The notes under the pieces were generated by a model. It was not told the DNA's origin and did no database searches. It saw only the letters and a list, made by a program, of their open reading frames with translations. Below are positions 27,579 to 36,967 of a stretch of DNA of 64,000 nt, in pieces (positions within the stretch are counted from its first letter, which is position 1; each line of letters opens with the position of its first letter). The stretch covers positions 9,693 to 73,692 of the forward strand of contig JADLEG010000183.1 of the NCBI GenBank assembly GCA_020846275.1, in the 5' to 3' direction. The stretch comes from Alphaproteobacteria bacterium (lineage in GTDB: Bacteria; Pseudomonadota; Alphaproteobacteria; JAEULC01). Both the position numbers and the translations under genes were made by a program.

Positions 27579-28960
27579 TCCGCCGCCCGCCGGCTGGCAT
27601 GCTCGAACGCGGCCTGCACGCGGGCGCCGCAGAAGAACCCCTGGCAGCGCCCGAACATCGCGCGGGTGCGGCGCTTCAGCGCCTTCAGCGTGCGCGGGGC
27701 CAGCGGCGAGGCGAGCGCGTCGCGGATCTCGCCCATGCTGACGCCCTCGCAATGGCAGACCATCTCGCCATAGGCGGGATCGCGGGCGACGCGCGCCGCG
27801 TCGCGCCATGGGCGCTCGCCGCCCTCGAGAAGCGAGGGAACGCGAACCGGCGCGAGCTCCGCCTTGCGTTCCGCCCGCAGCATGCCATCGAACGCCAGCG
27901 CGGCGACATGTTCCGCGATGCCCAGCGCGCCCGAAAGCCCCGTCGACCGGATGCCGCCGACGGTGATCCAGCGCCGGTCGCGATGGGCGGCGATGCGGTA
28001 TTCCGGCCGCTCGGTCGCGGGCCGGACCCCGCAATAGATCGCCGTCACGTCGTGATCGAGCAGCGCCGGCATCATGGCGCGCGCCGCGGCGTCAAGCTTC
28101 GCCAGCCCGTCGCGCGTGACGCGCCAGTCATCCGGGTCGTCGATGTCCTCGGCGGTCGGGCCGAGCAGCACGTTGCCGAACGCCGTCGGCGCCATGAGCA
28201 CCCCGCGATAGGTGGGCGAAGGGACCGGCTTCAGGATCACGTCGAGCAGGGGCCGCGCGCTCTTGTCGAAAACCATGAACTCGCCGCGGCGCGGCCGGAT
28301 CGCGAAGTCCGCCAGTCCCGCCAGGGCATCGACCTTGTCGCCCCACAACCCGCCGCAATTCACCACGAGGCCGCAGGCGACCGCGCCCGTGGCGGTGGAC
28401 AGCGTCCAGCCGGCCTCCTCGCGCAAGGCGCTCGACACGGCGCTCGACGAGCGGAACTCGACGCCATTGGTCACGGCATCCAGCGCATAGGCATAGGGTG
28501 TCGAGAACGGGTCGACGATCGCTTCCTCGGGCTCCCACATCGCGGCCAGCGCGCCGGGCGCGAGCGACGGCACCCGGCGGTAGATCGCGTCGCGATCGAC
28601 CAGTTCGGCCGAGCGATAGCCGGCGGCGACCGTGGCGCGATGCATCTCCGCCAGGCTCGCGGCCTGTGCCTCGTTCCAGGCGACGGTCAGACTGCCGACC
28701 GACAGGATCGGCAGGCCCATCGCCGGCGCCTCGGCGCGGTAGCGCTGGTGGCCGCGCGTGACGAGCCGGTTCTCCAGCGTGCCGAACGGCGTGTCCGAGC
28801 CGGTCGACAGGATCGCCGAGTTGCCCTTGCTGGCGCCGTCGCCGAGGTCGCTGCGCGCTTCGATCAGGATTGTCCGCAGGCGATAGCGCGAAAACTCGCG
28901 GGCGACGGCGCAGCCCACCACCCCGGCGCCGACGACCGCGACGTCGTAACGCTCGCTCAC
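27575..28960 (-). CDS. FAD-dependent oxidoreductase, GlpA-like, with C-terminal BFD-like [2Fe-2S]-binding domain
   Basis: GTG start with a GGAGG Shine-Dalgarno sequence 10 nt upstream. VAVVGAGVVGCAVAREF…ILIEARSDLGDGASKGNSAILSTG resembles the GlpA/GlpD N-terminus. The C-terminal CHCEGVSMGEIRDA…GRCQGFFCG is a BFD-like 2Fe-2S motif. The 303-aa N-terminal extension in the ORF track is low-complexity and was rejected. Confidence 0.75.
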   Translation of the reverse strand: MSERYDVAVVGAGVVGCAVAREFSRYRLRTILIEARSDLGDGASKGNSAILSTGSDTPFGTLENRLVTRGHQRYRAEAPAMGLPILSVGSLTVAWNEAQAASLAEMHRATVAAGYRSAELVDRDAIYRRVPSLAPGALAAMWEPEEAIVDPFSTPYAYALDAVTNGVEFRSSSAVSSALREEAGWTLSTATGAVACGLVVNCGGLWGDKVDALAGLADFAIRPRRGEFMVFDKSARPLLDVILKPVPSPTYRGVLMAPTAFGNVLLGPTAEDIDDPDDWRVTRDGLAKLDAAARAMMPALLDHDVTAIYCGVRPATERPEYRIAAHRDRRWITVGGIRSTGLSGALGIAEHVAALAFDGMLRAERKAELAPVRVPSLLEGGERPWRDAARVARDPAYGEMVCHCEGVSMGEIRDALASPLAPRTLKALKRRTRAMFGRCQGFFCGARVQAAFEHASRRAAE

Positions 28961-29793
28961 GGCGCGAACGCCTCCACGCGGCGCCAGCACAAGGTGCGGT
29001 ACTCCGGCAGGTCGCCGCGAATGCCGACGTGATGCGCCTGCACCTCGCACCACAGCGCCTCGCGAACCGCTAGGACGGGCGCCAGCGCGCGCGCCAGCTC
29101 CATGTCCACGCCGCCATGGCGGGCAAGAAGCCGCGCGGCCTGGCGGTCGTCCAGCCCGAACAGGACGATGATCTGCGCCAGGTCGACGGCGGGATCGCCG
29201 TAGCCGGCGTATTCCCAATCGACGACATAGGCGCGCGGCCCGGCCATGATGAAGTTCTCGGGGATGAGGTCGGCGTGGATCAGGCAGCGCGGCGTCAAGG
29301 CCGGCGCCGCCGCGAGCAGCGCTTCCGCCAGACGTCTCCGCTCCGCTGCGAACGCGGTTGCCGGCAAGCCGGCCAGGTTGCCGCGACAGATCGCGACCGG
29401 GTCGAACCGGTTGAGGTCCATGGGCGCCGGATAGGCATGGACGCGGCGCAGCGCCTCGGCCACCAAGTCCAGATCGGCATCGGCGATCGGGTCTTCGTGG
29501 CGCAAGGTGCGCCCCTCGATGAAGGCCGTCACCAGCATGCCGTCGCCCTGGTGGATCACCGTCGGCGCGACGCCCGCGTCGGCCGCCAGGCGCGCGCAGC
29601 GCGCCTCGTTCTCGCGCCGCACGAAGTGGTGCGGCAGGTCGATCCCCACGCGCGCGAAATAGGTTTCGCCGCCCGCCGTCACCCGGAAGTTCTGGTTGGT
29701 GCGCCCGCCCGGCCAGGGCTCGATGCGGGGGACGCCGCGCCAGCACGGCAGGGCGCGAAGGCGATCGGCGGCGCCGATGGCGGAACTGTCCAT
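28957..29793 (-). CDS. phosphotransferase family kinase (APH/choline-ethanolamine kinase/ThiK-like)
   Basis: 278 aa. Brenner motif LIHADLIPENF and VDWEYAGYGDP are typical of LicA/ThiK/APH kinases. Its stop overlaps the downstream GTG (GTGA). Confidence 0.8.
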   Translation of the reverse strand: MDSSAIGAADRLRALPCWRGVPRIEPWPGGRTNQNFRVTAGGETYFARVGIDLPHHFVRRENEARCARLAADAGVAPTVIHQGDGMLVTAFIEGRTLRHEDPIADADLDLVAEALRRVHAYPAPMDLNRFDPVAICRGNLAGLPATAFAAERRRLAEALLAAAPALTPRCLIHADLIPENFIMAGPRAYVVDWEYAGYGDPAVDLAQIIVLFGLDDRQAARLLARHGGVDMELARALAPVLAVREALWCEVQAHHVGIRGDLPEYRTLCWRRVEAFAP

Positions 29794-29795
29794 GG

Positions 29796-30584
29796 TCAGG
29801 GCTGGATGATCTCGATCCGCGTGCCGGCCAGTCCGGCCGCGAAATCCGGCGGCGCCGCGTCGGTGACAAGGTGATCGATCTCGCCGGGGGGCACGGCGTT
29901 CAGCCGCGCGGACCAGCCCAGCTTGGGCCCGATCGCCAGCGCGGCGCAGCGCCGGGACTGCGCGGCCATGCAGCGCGCGACGGCCGCGTCGTCGGGATGC
30001 GCGAAGCTCAAGCCGCCCTTGGCGTCGAAGGCGTCGCACGACAGCAGCGCGAGATCGGCATTGAACTGGCGGATCATCGACTCGGCGAACATGCCGCCGG
30101 TCGCCAGCGACGTGCGCCGCACGAAGCCTCCGAGCAGGCAGACCGTGATGCGCGGGTTCTCGACCAGTATATGCGCGACATTCACGGCGGAGGTCACGAT
30201 GAACAGTTCGTACTCGGCCATGGCGAGCGCGCGCGCGAGCGCCGTCACGGTCGAGCCGTCGTTGAGGAACAGCGTGTTGCCGGGTTCGATCAGGCCCAGC
30301 GCGGCCTCCGCGACCCGGCGCTTCTCGTCGACATGCTTCTGCTCGCGCACCGTCAGCGCTTCTTCCGCCGGGCGGACGGCGCGCATCGCGGCACCGCCAT
30401 AGCTGCGATCCAGCACGCCCTCGCGCGCGAGCGCCTCCAGATCCCGCCGGATCGTCACCGGCGACGCGCCCAGCACCTCGCTCAATTCCGCCACCGAAAC
30501 GGCGCCGCGGGCCGCCAGCTCGCGCTTCAGCACATGGCGCCGCGCGATCGGATTGCGCCGGGCGGTCGTTGCTGCCTCGGTCAT
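29796..30584 (-). CDS. DeoR/GlpR family transcriptional regulator
   Basis: 262 aa. N-terminal HTH …RRHVLKRELAARGAVSVAELSEVLGASPVTIRRDLEAL plus a DeoR C-terminal sugar-phosphate sensor domain. First gene of the operon. Confidence 0.85.
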   Translation of the reverse strand: MTEAATTARRNPIARRHVLKRELAARGAVSVAELSEVLGASPVTIRRDLEALAREGVLDRSYGGAAMRAVRPAEEALTVREQKHVDEKRRVAEAALGLIEPGNTLFLNDGSTVTALARALAMAEYELFIVTSAVNVAHILVENPRITVCLLGGFVRRTSLATGGMFAESMIRQFNADLALLSCDAFDAKGGLSFAHPDDAAVARCMAAQSRRCAALAIGPKLGWSARLNAVPPGEIDHLVTDAAPPDFAAGLAGTRIEIIQP

Positions 30585-30608
30585 TGCGGATACCCACGGC
30601 GGGTGATT

Positions 30609-30682
30609 GCCATGCCTGCTGATATCATTTCGATCACTAACGTTCAAAAAAAATATATAGACAATCATTATTATGATCGATA
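30609..30682. promoter_or_regulatory. divergent promoter/operator region with candidate DeoR-type repeats
   Basis: AT-rich 129-bp intergenic region. TTTCGATC occurs twice (30617-30624 and 30675-30682). Palindromes TGATATCA and ATCATTATTATGAT. GGGGGAGAGGG Shine-Dalgarno sequence before the SBP ATG. Confidence 0.35.
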
Positions 30683-30713
30683 GCGTTTCGATCGGAGCAG
30701 GGGGAGAGGGCTC

Positions 30714-32717
30714 ATGCAAAAGCGGAATCGGTTCGCCATTGCCGTTGCTTGCTTGGCGGGCGCCTGGTGCGCCTTTCCCGGGGGAGCGAACGCGAGCAGC
30801 TGTCCGACGGTCGCCGATCCCAAGGGCGTCAAGACGAAATTTCCGCAGCAGGCCGAGCGCGCCGAACTGGAGCAGGCCGGCCACAAGCTCGCGCTTGCCG
30901 AGAACCCGCTATTCAAGGGTCTGGTCCAGAGCGGCGCCTTGCCGCCGGTCGACCAGCGCCTGCCGGCGGAGCCGCTGGTCCTGCTTCCCTACGAGGAATG
31001 CGGCAAGTACGGCGGCACGCTGCGCGGCCTGTCGCGCGCGCTGGAATCCGGCACTTCGGAGATCCTGAGCTGGCGCCAGGTCAACCTGGTGCGCCTCAGC
31101 GACGATCTGACGACGCTGGTGCCGAACGTCGCCAAGTCCTGGACCTGGTCCGACGACCGCAAGTCGATCACCTTCGTGCTGCGCAAGGGCCATCGCTGGT
31201 CGGACGGCAAGCCGTTCACCACCGACGACGTGATGTTCTATTTCGAGGACATCATCAAGAACAAGGACCTGCATCCCTCGACGCCGTCGCCCTGGGCGGC
31301 CGGCGGCAAGCCGGTGGAGGTGGAGAAGATCGATGACGTCACGTTCAAGCTGACCTTCGCCGCGCCGCTTCCCAGCCTGCTGCACTACCTGGCGACGGGC
31401 GGTTCGTTCTTCGAGGTGTGGGCGCCGAAGCACTACTACACGGCCTATCACATCCGCTACAACCCGAAGGCCGATGAAGAAGCCAAGGCGGCCGGCGCCG
31501 AGAACTGGGTCAAGCGGTTCAAGCAGCTCTGGGACAAGTGGAAGGACGCCGAGACCATCAATCCCGCCGCGGTCAAGCGGCCGACGCTCGAGAGCCATAT
31601 CCTCGAGGTCGAGACCAACACCCAGCGGCGCGCCTTCATCGCCAACCCCTACTATTTCAAGGTCGACAGCGCGGGTAACCAGCTTCCCTACATCGACCGG
31701 CACAACGAGCGCTTCCTCGAGAAGGAGGTCGGTCTGCTGGCCGTGCTGAACGGCGAGATCGACCAGAAGGCGCAGGGGCTCGGCCTCGAGAACTACGCGG
31801 TACTGAAGGAGAACGAGGCCAAGGGCGCCTATCGGCTGACCATGCCGCCGGGTGCGGCAGGCGATCCGATCGCGTTCAACATCACGCACACCGACCCGGT
31901 CCTGCGCCAGATCTTCGCCGACGTGCGGTGGCGGCAGGCGATGTCGCTGGCGCTCAACCGGGCCGAGATGAACGAAACCTTGTGGTACGGGCTCGGCCGG
32001 CCGCAGCAAGCCCTGCCCCTGGGCGTTCCGTTCGTCACCGACGCGGATCGCGACTACATGATCCGGCACGATCCGAAGAAGGCGAACCAGCTTCTCGACG
32101 AGATGGGCCTTAAGCGCGGCGCGAACAACATGCGCGTGCGGCCCGACGGCAAGCCGCTGACCCTGCTGTGGGAGTACACGACGCAATTCGCCTCGCCCGG
32201 CTATGTCCAACTCGTACAGGGCTACTGGCGCGCCGTCGGCGTGGAAGTGAACCTGAAGGAGATCACCACGGCGCTGACGCGGCAGAAGGCCAGGGCCGGC
32301 GACGCCGACATCAACATGGAATGGGACATCCCCTTCGAACCCAACCTGATCAGCCAGGTCGAGCTGTATACGCCGCCGTATCGCGGGGAATCGCCGCTGT
32401 TCGGCGCCGCCTGGCGCGAATGGCACAGCTCGAAGGGCGCCAAGGGCCAGGAGCCGCCGGCCTGGGCGAAGCGGCTCTACCAGCTCGAGGACGAATGGAG
32501 CACGATCGTGCCCGGCAGCCCGCGCTACATGGAGATCGGGCGCGAGATGGTGAAGCTGAACCTGGAGAACATGACGATCATCGGCACCGTCGCGAACCTG
32601 CCGGGGCCGACCATCGTGTCGCGCAAGCTCGCCAACGTGCACGACTGGACGATCCAGCACTACAACTACGCGCGCACCTATCCGTTTCGTCCCGACCAGT
32701 GGTACTACAAGCAGTAG
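30714..32717 (+). CDS. ABC transporter substrate-binding protein, family 5 (DppA/OppA-like; peptide/opine/nickel type)
   Basis: 667 aa with signal peptide and SBP_bac_5 architecture. First gene of a DppABCDF-like operon. Confidence 0.9.
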   Translation: MQKRNRFAIAVACLAGAWCAFPGGANASSCPTVADPKGVKTKFPQQAERAELEQAGHKLALAENPLFKGLVQSGALPPVDQRLPAEPLVLLPYEECGKYGGTLRGLSRALESGTSEILSWRQVNLVRLSDDLTTLVPNVAKSWTWSDDRKSITFVLRKGHRWSDGKPFTTDDVMFYFEDIIKNKDLHPSTPSPWAAGGKPVEVEKIDDVTFKLTFAAPLPSLLHYLATGGSFFEVWAPKHYYTAYHIRYNPKADEEAKAAGAENWVKRFKQLWDKWKDAETINPAAVKRPTLESHILEVETNTQRRAFIANPYYFKVDSAGNQLPYIDRHNERFLEKEVGLLAVLNGEIDQKAQGLGLENYAVLKENEAKGAYRLTMPPGAAGDPIAFNITHTDPVLRQIFADVRWRQAMSLALNRAEMNETLWYGLGRPQQALPLGVPFVTDADRDYMIRHDPKKANQLLDEMGLKRGANNMRVRPDGKPLTLLWEYTTQFASPGYVQLVQGYWRAVGVEVNLKEITTALTRQKARAGDADINMEWDIPFEPNLISQVELYTPPYRGESPLFGAAWREWHSSKGAKGQEPPAWAKRLYQLEDEWSTIVPGSPRYMEIGREMVKLNLENMTIIGTVANLPGPTIVSRKLANVHDWTIQHYNYARTYPFRPDQWYYKQ

Positions 32718-32763
32718 CCGCGTCCTGGCCGCGCCGGCCGGGGCCGGCGTCGGGAGCTGAGCG

Positions 32764-33750
32764 ATGATCCGATTGCTGGCGCAGCGGCTGCTCTACATGG
32801 CGCTGACGCTGTGGCTTGTCTCCGTGGTCGCCTTCGTGCTGATCCAGCTTCCGCCGGGCGACTATGCCGAGACCTACCTGACCGAGAAGCAGCAGTCCGG
32901 CGCGGCGGTCAGCCAGGAAGAGCTGCAGAACATGCGCCAACTCCTGGGCATCGACCGCCCGTGGCACGCACAGTACCTCTCCTGGGCCACGGGCATCGTG
33001 ACGCGGGGCGATTTCGGCTACTCGTTCGAATGGCGCCGACCGGTGACCGAGGTGATCGGCGAGCGGCTGCCGCTGACCCTCGTCATCGCGTCCTGCACCC
33101 TCGTCTTCATGTATGCCGTATCGCTGCCGATCGGCATCTACTCCGCGGTGCGGCAGTACTCGATCGCCGACCACGCCTTCTCGCTGGTCGGCTATGTCGG
33201 CCTGGCGACGCCGAACTTCCTGCTCGCCCTGGTGCTGATGTACATGGGCCAGCAATGGTTCGGCCAGAGCGTCGGCGGGCTGTTCTCGCCGCAATACGCG
33301 GAAGCGCCGTGGAGCCTCGACAGGCTGGTCGACCTCGCCGCCCATCTCTGGGTTCCGATCGTCGTCCTCGGCATGGCGGGCACCGCCAACCTGATCCGCT
33401 CGATGCGCGCGCTGATGCTGGACGAGCTGGGCAAGATGTACGTGGTCGCCGCCCGCGCGTCCGGGCTTTCGCCGCTGCGGCTGCTGCTCAAGTACCCGGT
33501 GCGCATGGCCATCAACCCGATCGTGGCAACGCTGGGATGGCGCCTCACCTTCGTCATCTCCGGCGCGCCGATCGTGGGCGTCGTGATGGCCCTGCCCGAC
33601 ACCGGCCCGCTGTTCCTGCACGCGCTGCTGAACCAGGACATGCAGCTTGCCGGCGCCATGGTGTTCATCTACTGCGCGCTGACCATCCTCGGCACGTTCG
33701 TCTCGGACCTGCTGCTGGTCGTGGTCGACCCGCGCATCAAGATGTCCTGA
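32764..33750 (+). CDS. ABC transporter permease (DppB/OppB-like)
   Basis: 328 aa. N-terminal …LWLVSVVAFVLIQLPPGDYAE…, BPD_transp_1. Confidence 0.9.
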   Translation: MIRLLAQRLLYMALTLWLVSVVAFVLIQLPPGDYAETYLTEKQQSGAAVSQEELQNMRQLLGIDRPWHAQYLSWATGIVTRGDFGYSFEWRRPVTEVIGERLPLTLVIASCTLVFMYAVSLPIGIYSAVRQYSIADHAFSLVGYVGLATPNFLLALVLMYMGQQWFGQSVGGLFSPQYAEAPWSLDRLVDLAAHLWVPIVVLGMAGTANLIRSMRALMLDELGKMYVVAARASGLSPLRLLLKYPVRMAINPIVATLGWRLTFVISGAPIVGVVMALPDTGPLFLHALLNQDMQLAGAMVFIYCALTILGTFVSDLLLVVVDPRIKMS

Positions 33751-33757
33751 GGCCGCA

Positions 33758-34873
33758 ATGGTCGCCGCCGCCACGCCGATCGCCTCGCGGATCAAGCGTC
33801 CCGACATAGCGTCGCAATGGCAGCTCATGTGGTGGCGCTTCAAGCGGCATCACATGGCGATCGCCGGCGCGTCGGTGCTGGCGGTGTTCGTCGCCGTCGC
33901 CCTGCTGGCCGAGTTCCTGGCGCCCTGCGCGCCGCTGACGCGCAATCCGCGCTACCTCTCCGGGGCCCCAATGCTGGTGCATGTCCTCGACGCCCAGGGC
34001 GGACTCCATTCGCCGTTCGTCCACGCGCGGTCGAGCAAGCGCGACCCGGTGACCCTGCGGCAGCTTGCCGTTGTCGACGAATCGCGCCCCTGGCCGATCG
34101 AATTCTTCGTTCGTGGCGACCCCTACCGGTTCTGGGGCCTGGTCGAAACCGATCTGCACCTGTTCGGCGTGAAGGGCGGCTTCATCCATCTGTTCGGCAC
34201 CGACCATCTCGGCCGCGACCTTTTCACCCGCTGCATGTACGCGACGCGCGTCTCGCTGTCGGTCGCGGTGATCGGCGTGCTGGTGTCGTTCGTGCTGGGC
34301 GCGGTGATCGGGGGCATCGCCGGGTATTTCGGCGGCGCCATCGACGTGTTCGTCATGCGGCTGATCGAGTTCATCCGCTCGGTCCCGACACTGCCGCTCT
34401 GGCTGTCGCTGACGGCTGCCTTGCCGCGCGACTGGACGTCGCTGCAGATCTACGTGGCGGTCACGGTGATCCTGGGCCTGCTCGGCTGGACCCATCTGGC
34501 GCGCACCGTGCGTAGCAAGCTCCTGTCGCTGCGCGAGGAGGACTTCGTGGTGGCGGCGCGGCTTGCCGGCTGCACCGACACGCGGCTGATCGGCCGGCAT
34601 TTGCTGCCCGCCTTCCTCAGCTACCTGATCGTCGATCTAACCATCGCCTTCCCCGAGATCCTGTTGGCCGAAACCTCGCTCAGCTTCCTCGGCCTGGGGC
34701 TGCGCGAGCCGGCGGAAAGCTGGGGCGTGCTGCTCTACGCGGCGCAGAACATCCGCTCGATCGCCCATATGCCCTGGCTCTTGATTCCCGGCCTGTTCGT
34801 GATCGTCGCGGCGCTTGCCTTCAACTTCGTCGGCGACGGCATGCGCGACGCGGCCGATCCCTACGCGAAGTAG
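33758..34873 (+). CDS. ABC transporter permease (DppC/OppC-like)
   Basis: 371 aa. OppC N-terminal region plus BPD_transp_1. Confidence 0.9.
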   Translation: MVAAATPIASRIKRPDIASQWQLMWWRFKRHHMAIAGASVLAVFVAVALLAEFLAPCAPLTRNPRYLSGAPMLVHVLDAQGGLHSPFVHARSSKRDPVTLRQLAVVDESRPWPIEFFVRGDPYRFWGLVETDLHLFGVKGGFIHLFGTDHLGRDLFTRCMYATRVSLSVAVIGVLVSFVLGAVIGGIAGYFGGAIDVFVMRLIEFIRSVPTLPLWLSLTAALPRDWTSLQIYVAVTVILGLLGWTHLARTVRSKLLSLREEDFVVAARLAGCTDTRLIGRHLLPAFLSYLIVDLTIAFPEILLAETSLSFLGLGLREPAESWGVLLYAAQNIRSIAHMPWLLIPGLFVIVAALAFNFVGDGMRDAADPYAK

Positions 34874-34882
34874 GCCGAAGCG

Positions 34883-35908
34883 GTGGGGACCGACGCGCTC
34901 CTGGAGATCCAGGACCTTCGCATCGACCTGCGCGCCGAGGGCGGATCGGTTCCCGTGATCGATGGGGTCAGCCTTTCGCTTCGACCCGGAAAGGTGCTGG
35001 CGATCGTCGGCGAAAGCGGATCCGGCAAGAGCGTGACCGCGCAGTCGATCCTGCGCCTGCTGCCGCGGCAGATGCCGATCGTCGGCGGGCGCATCCTGTT
35101 CCGGCTCGACCCGTCCGCGCCGCCGGTCGACCTGGCGGCGGTCGAACCGGACGGGGCCGTGATCCAGTCGATCCGCGGCAACCGCATCGCCATGATCTTC
35201 CAGGAGCCGATGAGCTCGTTCTCGCCGGTGCACACGATCGGCAGCCAGATCGGCGACGTGCTGCGGCTGCATCGCGGCCTCAACGGGCAGGCGCTGCGCG
35301 ATGCGATGGCCGAGCTGCTGCGCAAGGTCGGGATTCCCGACCCGGCGCGCGCGATCGACCGCTATCCGCACGAGTATTCCGGCGGCATGCGCCAGCGTGC
35401 GATGATCGCCAAGGCGCTGGCGTGCAATCCCGCGCTCTTGATCGCCGACGAGCCGACGACGGCGCTCGACGTCACGATCCAGGCCCAGGTCCTGGACCTG
35501 ATGCGCGGGCTCAAGGCCGAGCTCGGCATGGCCATGATCTTCATCACCCACGATCTCGGCATCGTGGCGCAGATGGCCGACGATGTGGCGATCATGTACA
35601 CCGGGCGGATCGTGGAACAGGGGCCGGTGCGCGCCATCTTCCGCCAGCCCCAGCACCCCTACACGCAGAACCTGCTGCGCGCCGTGCCGCGGCTGGGCGG
35701 GGTCGGGGGCTGGCGCAGCCTGAAGCCGATCCAGGGCAGCGTGCCGAACCTCTACGCCATGCCCGCGGGCTGCACGTTCCATCCCCGCTGCGGCCGGTTC
35801 ATCGCCGGGACGTGCGACGTGATCGCGCCAGCCACCACCGGCCTCGCCGGTGGGCACAGCGTGAGCTGCCATCTCTACCGGGATGCGCCGGCCGGGGCGG
35901 TCGCATGA
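34883..35908 (+). CDS. ABC transporter ATP-binding protein (DppD/OppD-like)
   Basis: GESGSGKS Walker [20 protein letters not shown] signature, and an oligopeptide-transporter C-terminal domain. Confidence 0.9.
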   Translation: MGTDALLEIQDLRIDLRAEGGSVPVIDGVSLSLRPGKVLAIVGESGSGKSVTAQSILRLLPRQMPIVGGRILFRLDPSAPPVDLAAVEPDGAVIQSIRGNRIAMIFQEPMSSFSPVHTIGSQIGDVLRLHRGLNGQALRDAMAELLRKVGIPDPARAIDRYPHEYSGGMRQRAMIAKALACNPALLIADEPTTALDVTIQAQVLDLMRGLKAELGMAMIFITHDLGIVAQMADDVAIMYTGRIVEQGPVRAIFRQPQHPYTQNLLRAVPRLGGVGGWRSLKPIQGSVPNLYAMPAGCTFHPRCGRFIAGTCDVIAPATTGLAGGHSVSCHLYRDAPAGAVA

Positions 35909-36951
35909 CGGCGCTGATCGAACTCGACGACGTCAAGGTGCACTATGGCGTGCGCAAGGGTGTCTTCGCGCGCCGCCTGGTGGGCGTCGTCCATGCGGTC
36001 GATGGCGTCAGCATCACGATCGACCGCGGCGAGACGCTCGGCCTGGTCGGCGAGAGCGGCTCGGGCAAGACCACGCTCGGCCGGGCGATTCTGCGCGTGG
36101 TGGAGCCGACCCACGGGCGCGTGCTCTTCCATCGCGACGGCAAGCCGGTCGACCTGCGCGGCCTGGAGCGGGCGGAGATGCGGCGCATGTGGCGGCACAT
36201 GCAATTGATCTTCCAGGATCCCTACGCCTCGCTGAATCCGCGCATGACCGTGCGCGACATCATCGCCGAGCCGCTGGTCGCCAACGGGATCGGCAACGCG
36301 GCGGAGATCGCCGATCGCGTGGCGGACATGGTGCGCCGCGTCGGCCTGTCGCTGGAGCATCTCGGCCGATACCCGCACGCCTTCAGCGGCGGCCAGCGCC
36401 AGCGCATCTCGATCGCCCGCGCGCTGGTGCTGCGGCCCGAGTTCATCGTCTGCGACGAGCCGGTCTCCGCCCTCGACGTCTCGATCCAGGCGCAGATCCT
36501 GAACCTGCTGAAGGAACTGCAGGAAGAACTCGGCCTGACCTACCTGTTCATCGCCCACGACCTGGCGGCCGTGTCCTACGTCAGCGACCGCGTCGCCGTC
36601 ATGTATCTCGGCCAGATCGTCGAGCTGGCGCCGACGTCGCAGCTCTACTACGCGCCACGCCATCCCTATACCGAGGCGCTGATGTCGGCGATCCCGGTCG
36701 CGGACCCCGACCGCGCGATGCGCCCGCAGCTGCTGCCGGGCGAGCGCCCGGATCCGGCGAACCCGCCGTCCGGCTGCCGCTTCCATACGCGCTGCCCCTA
36801 CGCCGATGCGGCCTGCCGGAACGATCCGCCCGCGCTCGTCGAACGCGCGGCGGGGCACTGGGTCGCCTGCCACCACGCCGATCGACTGACCCTGCGCGGC
36901 GCGACGGTCGATGCCGCCGTGCCGCAACCAGCCCTTTCCACGACAGCCTGA
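35905..36951 (+). CDS. ABC transporter ATP-binding protein (DppF/OppF-like)
   Basis: The ATG overlaps the upstream stop (ATGA). GESGSGKTT, FSGGQRQRISIARAL, and an oppF C-terminal domain with Cys residues. Confidence 0.9.
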   Translation: MTALIELDDVKVHYGVRKGVFARRLVGVVHAVDGVSITIDRGETLGLVGESGSGKTTLGRAILRVVEPTHGRVLFHRDGKPVDLRGLERAEMRRMWRHMQLIFQDPYASLNPRMTVRDIIAEPLVANGIGNAAEIADRVADMVRRVGLSLEHLGRYPHAFSGGQRQRISIARALVLRPEFIVCDEPVSALDVSIQAQILNLLKELQEELGLTYLFIAHDLAAVSYVSDRVAVMYLGQIVELAPTSQLYYAPRHPYTEALMSAIPVADPDRAMRPQLLPGERPDPANPPSGCRFHTRCPYADAACRNDPPALVERAAGHWVACHHADRLTLRGATVDAAVPQPALSTTA

Positions 36952-36967
36952 GGATACGCGCCTACAA

